Source: Bacteroidales bacterium (GTDB taxonomy: Bacteria; Bacteroidota; Bacteroidia; Bacteroidales; PUMT01). From it: a stretch of DNA of 64,000 bases. The stretch covers positions 5,493 to 69,492 of the forward strand of contig SLCF01000027.1 of the NCBI GenBank assembly GCA_007125955.1. The letters run 5' to 3'. Positions 58,272 through 64,000 of the stretch are shown here, piece by piece; positions within the stretch are counted from its first letter, which is position 1; each line of letters starts with the position of its first letter. A model generated the notes under the pieces. It had not been told where the DNA came from. It saw only the letters and a program-made list of their open reading frames with translations, and ran no database searches. A program made the position numbers and the translations under genes.

Positions 58272-59426
58272 CTAATTTCGTTTTTTTGTGCCGCGGTAAA
58301 TAGAAAATTTATGAAAATGGGATTCGATAGGTCCGTTGAACAATACGATCTTTTTTGAAGGCTTTAGTCCGACCTTCTTTACAGCATCCGTATTCCCACT
58401 GAAAACCCATGCTTCATAGCCTTCATATCTCTTTTTCAGCGTATCGCCTATAACAGAATGAAAAAGCACAGGATCACCCTGTTTCAGTCTCTCTCCGTAG
58501 GGTGGGTTGACAATAAGCACTCCCCCGCCCTCGGGGGGGATATAATTTTCAAAAGATGAAATTCTGAATTCCACTTTTCTGTGAAGAAAAGCTGATTTTG
58601 CATTATTTCGGGCAATACTTACTGCTTCCGGGGAAATATCAGAACCTGCTATTTTATAACGGAACTCTTTTTCGGGATAATCTTCATTGTGAATTTTTTC
58701 GACCAGTGAAAGATCAAAACCCGGCCATTTTTCAAAGGCAAAATGTTTGCGGTATATACCCGGGGGGATATTATGTGCCATCAAAGCAGCTTCGAGAACA
58801 ATTGTACCGGAACCGCACATAGGATCAACAAAATTTGAATTGCAGTTCCATCCGGAGAGTTTCACAAGTCCGGCCGCCAAAACTTCATTTAGCGGAGCTG
58901 AATGTCCGGCTGTTCTGTAGCCCCTTTTATGCAGGGATTCACCGGAGCTATCGAGAAGTATGCTGCATTTATCTCCCGATATATGCAGATTAAACCTTAT
59001 ATCAGGATTCGTTTTGTCAACCGAGGGGCGGCTTCCGGTTTTTTTCCTGAACTGGTCGGCTATTGCATCCTTAACTTTAAGTGCAATATACTGGGAATGA
59101 TTAAAATGGGGTGAATTTAAAACCCCGTCTACTGCAAATGTTGTTTCGTTGGTGAGATGTTCCGACCAGTCGTATTCCATTGCACCCCTGTAAAGCTGGT
59201 GTTCATCACAAGCCGTGAAAGAGTGAAGATGCATCAGAACCCGCAGGGCTGTTCGGAGATGATAATTGACCCTGCAGATCATTTCAGCATCACCCCTGAA
59301 CATGACGGCACGGGTAGCTATTCTTATATTCTCTCCTCCCAGCTGTTCTATTTCTTTCGCCAAAACTTCCTCAAGTCCCCTGAAAGTCTTGGCAACAAGT
59401 TCCGTTTTATTACTGCCTGTTACCAC
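58272..59426 (-). CDS. THUMP-domain class I SAM-dependent RNA methyltransferase (RlmL/COG0116-like)
   Basis: 384 aa. SAM-binding DPMCGSGTIVLEAA and catalytic LVNPPYGERL. GTG start with no nearby ATG. Confidence 0.85.
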   Translation of the reverse strand: MVTGSNKTELVAKTFRGLEEVLAKEIEQLGGENIRIATRAVMFRGDAEMICRVNYHLRTALRVLMHLHSFTACDEHQLYRGAMEYDWSEHLTNETTFAVDGVLNSPHFNHSQYIALKVKDAIADQFRKKTGSRPSVDKTNPDIRFNLHISGDKCSILLDSSGESLHKRGYRTAGHSAPLNEVLAAGLVKLSGWNCNSNFVDPMCGSGTIVLEAALMAHNIPPGIYRKHFAFEKWPGFDLSLVEKIHNEDYPEKEFRYKIAGSDISPEAVSIARNNAKSAFLHRKVEFRISSFENYIPPEGGGVLIVNPPYGERLKQGDPVLFHSVIGDTLKKRYEGYEAWVFSGNTDAVKKVGLKPSKKIVLFNGPIESHFHKFSIYRGTKKRN

Positions 59427-59477
59427 CTTTCTATTTTCTTCCTTTATGGCACATCGGTTTTAACTCTAATGGTTTGA

Positions 59478-61079
59478 TCAGTTATTGCCAATTTCGAGAA
59501 TATTGTAATACCTTCCTTCATCCCGGATAATTTCAGCCGCTCTCAAAACCCCTTCATCCCTCTTGTTCACTATCTGGAAATATTCGCTGATATCCCATAT
59601 ATCCCGGGCTATTAAACCTTTGATCTGTGCTCTTATAAGGGGCAGAGATTTTTCAAGCTCCTCCCTGTTCACCTCAATTCCAGTTTCCTCTCCTAAACCG
59701 GTTAACCTTTCAATTATCTCATCGCTCACCTCAAATTCTTCCTCAAAGTCATTAAAGTCCCATTTATTCAGACTCCTTCTGTTTTCGTCTATATATGTAA
59801 GAACAAACCTGTTGAAAACACCAAGGCGTACAAGGTTACGGTAATAATCAGTATAAACCACGGTATCTACAGGTATGAATATATCGGGAATTATTCCACC
59901 ACCTCCATAAACAAGTCTTCCTGAATTGAGAGTCTTAAACTTCAGTGAATCGGCAACTTTTATACTGTCGCGTGATGACAGTTCGCCCGATTCAAACCTT
60001 TCGAAAAGCTCACCCATATATTTTTCATAATCGTCATCGTACGGTTTTTGTATCATTCTTCCTGAAGGAGTGTAGAACCTTGCAACAGTAAGCCTGAGCA
60101 TTGATCCGTCAGGCAGCTCAACAGGCCTCTGAACAAGTCCCTTTCCAAAAGACCTCCTGCCCACTATAACCCCACGGTCCCAGTCCTGTACGGCTCCTGC
60201 AACAATCTCACTGGCCGAAGCCGATCCCTCATTTATCAGGACAACAAGTTTGCCTTCCCTGTATTCACCGTTCCGGGTCGAATTATGATCTGACCTGGGG
60301 ATACTTCGCCCTTCCGTGTAAACTATTTCCCTGTCCCTTTCCAGGAACTCATCGGCAAGCTTGATGGACTGTTCAAGATACCCTCCGCTGTTGTCACGAA
60401 GATCAAGGATAAGATTTTTCATGTTCTCACCCCTGAGCTTTTCAAGGGCCTCTGTGAATTCGCTTGTAGTATTTGCAGCGAAACGGTTCAGGCGAATATA
60501 ACCCGTTTCATCGTCTGCCATATAAGCAGCATCCAGACTGTAAATCGGTATTTTATCACGGGTAATGGTAAACTCAATAGGCTCGAAAACTCCCCTCCGC
60601 TTTACTGAGATGGTCACTTTAGTCCCTTTTTCGCCAAGCAGTTTTGATCTTACCTTCTGGTTGGATATCCCCACTCCGGCGACATTTTCCGATTCAATCT
60701 CAATAATCCGGTCACCAGCCTGAATTCCGACCTTTTCCGAGGGGCCGCCGGATATTGGAGAGATAATTATAATCGTATCGTTCAGCACGTTGAACTGAAT
60801 ACCTATCCCTTCAAATTCACCTTCAAGAGGTTGTTCCATTTCCCTGACCTCTTCCTTGCTGAGATAAATGGAATGGGGGTCAAGCTTTTTGAGCATCTCT
60901 TTGATACCGTGTTCAACAAGTGCATCCTGATCAACTGAGTCGACATAAAAATTTGATACTGAATTGAGAACCCTGCTGATCTTGTATATCTGTTCGTTGA
61001 AAAGCTGAGCAGATGAATGATTCCCGGAAAGAACAACCAGGGTTAAAAGCAAAAACAGGTTTATTAAAAAACGTTTCAT
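59478..61079 (-). CDS. S41-family carboxy-terminal processing peptidase
   Basis: 533 aa with a signal peptide. PDZ (GGPSEKVGIQAGDRIIEI). Catalytic region LINEGSASASEIVAGAVQD ... GKGLVQ. Confidence 0.88.
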   Translation of the reverse strand: MKRFLINLFLLLTLVVLSGNHSSAQLFNEQIYKISRVLNSVSNFYVDSVDQDALVEHGIKEMLKKLDPHSIYLSKEEVREMEQPLEGEFEGIGIQFNVLNDTIIIISPISGGPSEKVGIQAGDRIIEIESENVAGVGISNQKVRSKLLGEKGTKVTISVKRRGVFEPIEFTITRDKIPIYSLDAAYMADDETGYIRLNRFAANTTSEFTEALEKLRGENMKNLILDLRDNSGGYLEQSIKLADEFLERDREIVYTEGRSIPRSDHNSTRNGEYREGKLVVLINEGSASASEIVAGAVQDWDRGVIVGRRSFGKGLVQRPVELPDGSMLRLTVARFYTPSGRMIQKPYDDDYEKYMGELFERFESGELSSRDSIKVADSLKFKTLNSGRLVYGGGGIIPDIFIPVDTVVYTDYYRNLVRLGVFNRFVLTYIDENRRSLNKWDFNDFEEEFEVSDEIIERLTGLGEETGIEVNREELEKSLPLIRAQIKGLIARDIWDISEYFQIVNKRDEGVLRAAEIIRDEGRYYNILEIGNN

Positions 61080-61185
61080 CTTATAGAGTTTGGTTAGTTT
61101 AATATGCAGATTTATATATATAATTGAACGAAAAATATCGTTTTTTAACGCCCGTTACATGAATTAATTTAAAAAGGAAGGTTTA

Positions 61186-62715
61186 TTATTCCCATTCTAT
61201 AGTTGCCGGCGGCTTGGAACTAATATCATAGACTACCCTGTTAACACCCTTCACTGTATTGATTATACTGTTGGAAACAGAACTCAGAAAATCATAGGGC
61301 AAATGTACCCAGTCGGCCGTCATCCCGTCAGTTGAAGTGACCGCCCTAAGTGCAACAACATTCTCATAGGTTCGTTCATCGCCCATAACCCCTACAGAAC
61401 GGATGGGTAAAAGAATTGCTGCAGCCTGCCACACCTCATCATAAAGCTCCTTTTCTTTCAGTCCGGTAACAAATATATCGTCAACTTCCTGCAGGATTCT
61501 TATCTTTTCAGGGGTCACTTCCCCTACTATGCGGACTGCAAGGCCCGGTCCGGGGAAAGGGTGCCTTTTCAGGAGTTCTGTGTGTATGCCAAGTGTTTTC
61601 CCCACTCGTCTCACCTCATCCTTGAACAGAAGCTTAAGCGGTTCAACCACCTTCAGGTTCATTTTTTCGGGTAAGCCGCCGACGTTATGATGCGACTTGA
61701 TGACGGCCGAGGGACCAGAAACGGAAACGGACTCAATAATATCGGGATATATCGTTCCCTGTCCCAGCCATTTCACATCCGTGATCTTTCCGGCTTCCTC
61801 CTCGAACACTTCTATGAAAACGCGGCCTATAACCTTCCGTTTTTCTTCAGGATCGGTTATACCTGCCAGTTCATTCAGAAATCTGTCCCTTGCTTCAACA
61901 CCTTTGACATTGAGCCCAATTTTTTTATAAAAGGCCAGTACTTTTGAAAATTCATCCTTTCTCAGCAATCCGTTGTCCACAAAAATGCAGTTAAGATTTT
62001 TGCCAATGGTTTTATGAAGCAATACTGCTGAAACGGTCGAATCAACACCGCCTGATACCCCCATCACTACTTTGTCGTTACCCAGGGATTCGGACAGTTC
62101 ACCTACTGTAGATTCAATAAATGATGCAGGAGTCCAGTTATGCCTGCAGCCACAGATATCAGTAATAAAATTTTTCAATATAAGCTTCCCCTCTGTAGTA
62201 TGATACACCTCCGGGTGAAACTGTATTCCGTATGTTTCCTCATCTCCGGCCTTATAGGCTGCAATTTTTACAGAAGAGGTGCTGCCGGTTATCCTGAAGT
62301 TCTTTGGCAGTTTTGTAATAGTATCCCCATGCGACATCCATACTTGCGACTTCTCGCTTACACCTGCGAACAGATCGGAATTAACATCCACATTCTCCAG
62401 GCTTGCCCTTCCATACTCGCGGGATGGGGAGGCTGTAACTTCCCCGCCGTCATGCTTTGCCATATACTGAGCGCCATAGCATATTCCCAGAACAGGCACT
62501 TTCCCCCTTACCTTGTTCAGGTCGGGTACAGGCGCATCTTTATCCCTTACGGAAAAAGGACTTCCGGAAAGAATAACCCCTTTTACGTTTCTGTCGGGAA
62601 CAGTAAATTTATTATAGGGGTATATTTCGCAATAAACATTAAGCTCTCTTATTTTTCTGGCTATCAACTGTGTGTATTGAGAACCGAAATCAAGGATAAC
62701 AATTTTTTCCTGCAT
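61186..62715 (-). CDS. guaA: GMP synthase (glutamine-hydrolysing)
   Basis: 509 aa. GATase domain (GICYGAQ, HPE), ATP-PPase loop VSGGVDSTV, and C-terminal PPATIEWE. Confidence 0.96.
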   Translation of the reverse strand: MQEKIVILDFGSQYTQLIARKIRELNVYCEIYPYNKFTVPDRNVKGVILSGSPFSVRDKDAPVPDLNKVRGKVPVLGICYGAQYMAKHDGGEVTASPSREYGRASLENVDVNSDLFAGVSEKSQVWMSHGDTITKLPKNFRITGSTSSVKIAAYKAGDEETYGIQFHPEVYHTTEGKLILKNFITDICGCRHNWTPASFIESTVGELSESLGNDKVVMGVSGGVDSTVSAVLLHKTIGKNLNCIFVDNGLLRKDEFSKVLAFYKKIGLNVKGVEARDRFLNELAGITDPEEKRKVIGRVFIEVFEEEAGKITDVKWLGQGTIYPDIIESVSVSGPSAVIKSHHNVGGLPEKMNLKVVEPLKLLFKDEVRRVGKTLGIHTELLKRHPFPGPGLAVRIVGEVTPEKIRILQEVDDIFVTGLKEKELYDEVWQAAAILLPIRSVGVMGDERTYENVVALRAVTSTDGMTADWVHLPYDFLSSVSNSIINTVKGVNRVVYDISSKPPATIEWE

Positions 62716-62779
62716 TTATAAATAATTTTTGTTAAAAACCCAGACCGGAAACCCCTGAAAAACGGTAATTATAAAAGCT

Positions 62780-62819
62780 CTGCCGGATAATCAGGCCGCA
62801 CGGGGAATCATACCGGCAG
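62780..62819 (-). promoter_or_regulatory. stem-loop inside the predicted guaA leader
   Basis: 7-bp GC-rich stem CTGCCGG / CCGGCAG closing a 26-nt loop. It is followed by AGAGCUUUUAU on the minus sense and by GTTTTTG on the plus sense. Confidence 0.3.
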
Positions 62820-62855
62820 GTTTTTGCAGGGATCAGGCAATTTGCAAAGGCAACT

Positions 62856-62863
62856 CAAAGGTA
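62856..62863 (-). promoter_or_regulatory. possible -7 promoter box for guaA (long leader)
   Basis: The plus strand reads CAAAGGTA, which is TACCTTTG on the coding strand. It lies about 140 nt upstream of ATG 62715, and no box is seen closer to the start. Confidence 0.35.
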
Positions 62864-62944
62864 AAAATAATTATTTAAATATGAGAACCGGTTTAATCCG
62901 GTGCAGCCAGTACTTTTGCGTTATCCGGAAAGCGAAACTGCTGC

Positions 62945-62972
62945 AAAACCGGAAACGTTTCCCCTGTTCCGG
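62945..62972 (-). terminator. possible terminator after the aminotransferase gene
   Basis: On the minus sense, CCGGAA-(12 nt)-TTCCGG is followed by UUUU. Lies 32 nt downstream of the stop at 63004. The stem is short and the loop large. Confidence 0.35.
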
Positions 62973-63003
62973 AATTAACGGGAAGTACTGCCATATTTAT
63001 TCA

Positions 63004-64000
63004 TCACCCTGAACCGGAAAAAAATTCATCCAGCATTCCTGCAAAATGTGCTGCATTTTTTTCTGTAAAGCACATTGGCGGTTTGATCTTTATTACATTA
63101 TTAAACGGGCCGTCAGTAGAAGCCAGCACATTTTTATCCCTTAACCGGTTTATTAAGAGGGATGAGGTTTTTGTATCAGGATTGCCCTTTTCATCCTCCA
63201 GTTCAACACCAAGGAAAAGTCCTTCTCCCCTTACATCTGCAATTACATGATGAATTTTCTGCAGCTTCAGAAGTTCACCTTTTAAAAAAGTTCCAACCTT
63301 TCCGGCATTCCCCCTGAGGTTCTCTGCTTCTATAACATCCAAAACAGCACCGGCTGCTTTGCAGGAAAGGGTGCTGCCCCCGAAGGAGCTGAAAAATTCC
63401 ATACCTGTATTGAAAGCCGCGGACACCTCCCCTGTGGTTACCACTGCTGCAACAGGAAACCCGTTCCCCATGGGTTTGCCAAGAATCACAATGTCGGGAA
63501 TTATTCCATGCATCCCGAACCCCCAGAAGTATTCACCCAGTCGTCCGAAACCGGTCTGAACCTCATCGATAACAGTCAGTATCTCATTCTCTTTAAGATA
63601 AGGCTGCAATATTTTGAAATACCCCGGGGCAACAGGAACCTGTCCCCCGCAACCTGAAACCGTTTCGGCAATTAATCCGGCAGGCATAACTCCTTTCTGC
63701 TTTCCCTCTTCGAGAATAGCTTTTGCTTCTTCTGCATACTCTTCACCGGTAGCATACTTTCCCCTGAACAGCTTCGGAAGCGGTAGTTTTATTACATTAT
63801 GCGGCTTCCCGCCACCCCCTTTCCCGTCAAATTTATAAGAGCTCATATTTATTGCCGTCAGTGTGTTGCCATGGTAACCATGCTCCATTACAGCCATATG
63901 GCCTCTTCCGCTGAAGGTCTGAGCCATCCTCACCGCAAGGTCGGTTGCAGCACTCCCCGAGTTAACCATGAACACCCTGTCAAGTCCCGGAGGGAAATAT
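63004..64000 (-). CDS. class III (omega) aminotransferase, 5' end outside the window
   Basis: The reading frame stays open to the window edge (...YFPPGLDRVFMVNSGSAA...). HGYHGNT, IDEVQTGFGR and KPMGNGFP motifs. N-terminal part is missing. Confidence 0.85.
   Translation of the reverse strand, partial: YFPPGLDRVFMVNSGSAATDLAVRMAQTFSGRGHMAVMEHGYHGNTLTAINMSSYKFDGKGGGGKPHNVIKLPLPKLFRGKYATGEEYAEEAKAILEEGKQKGVMPAGLIAETVSGCGGQVPVAPGYFKILQPYLKENEILTVIDEVQTGFGRLGEYFWGFGMHGIIPDIVILGKPMGNGFPVAAVVTTGEVSAAFNTGMEFFSSFGGSTLSCKAAGAVLDVIEAENLRGNAGKVGTFLKGELLKLQKIHHVIADVRGEGLFLGVELEDEKGNPDTKTSSLLINRLRDKNVLASTDGPFNNVIKIKPPMCFTEKNAAHFAGMLDEFFSGSG

Noticed and set aside
62140-62721. 193-aa plus-strand ORF inside guaA
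   Set aside because: It is a shadow ORF of guaA.
39150-62972. Recurrent CCGGAA(A) strings in many intergenic spacers (e.g. 11570, 18885, 36380, 39150, 39172, 49365, 52225, 62740, 62950), considered as a dispersed regulatory motif
   Set aside because: CCGG-containing hexamers are equally frequent inside coding regions throughout the window. This looks like a genome-wide oligonucleotide bias rather than a site-specific element, and a k-mer enrichment test would be needed to say more.

Overview
Densely coding core-chromosome segment that I assign to Bacteroidota. The assignment rests on TAnnTTTG-type -7 boxes correctly placed in front of many genes, a lipoprotein Omp85 (TamL type) next to TamB, a bacterial GH3-family gene, serC-serA-DUF1015 synteny, a folP-cdaA pair and a SiaB/DUF1987 pair. 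I call 46 protein-coding genes; the last is cut by the right window edge. Most are housekeeping: gyrB, metX, ftsE, plsY, cdaA, folP, tmk, tpiA, rsmE, uvrA, yggS, serA, serC, gcvT, clpB, guaA. I saw no rRNA, tRNA, CRISPR array, transposase, integrase or phage genes, and nothing that looks like a defence island. The parts worth a second look are: (1) an orphan SiaB/SiaC-type kinase/phospho-substrate pair lying tail-to-tail with a 1033-aa multidomain ABCG-type transporter, with a G9 tract in the spacer between the two switch genes; (2) a 1505-aa signal-anchored protein with no family I can name; (3) an Hpt-STAS-lipoprotein unit whose last gene is visibly more G+C-rich than its surroundings; (4) a gcvT / ComB-like phosphatase / serC / serA / DUF1015 transcription unit bounded by a promoter box and a strong terminator; (5) a nearly perfect tandem duplication of a ~93-bp intergenic module between folP and tmk, fused to a terminator-like hairpin; (6) a structured leader in front of guaA. 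All functional calls come from reading the translated ORFs and recognising motifs; no database search was run. Several ORF-track starts are GTG/TTG codons, and I moved the start to a nearby ATG where that fits the protein family better.
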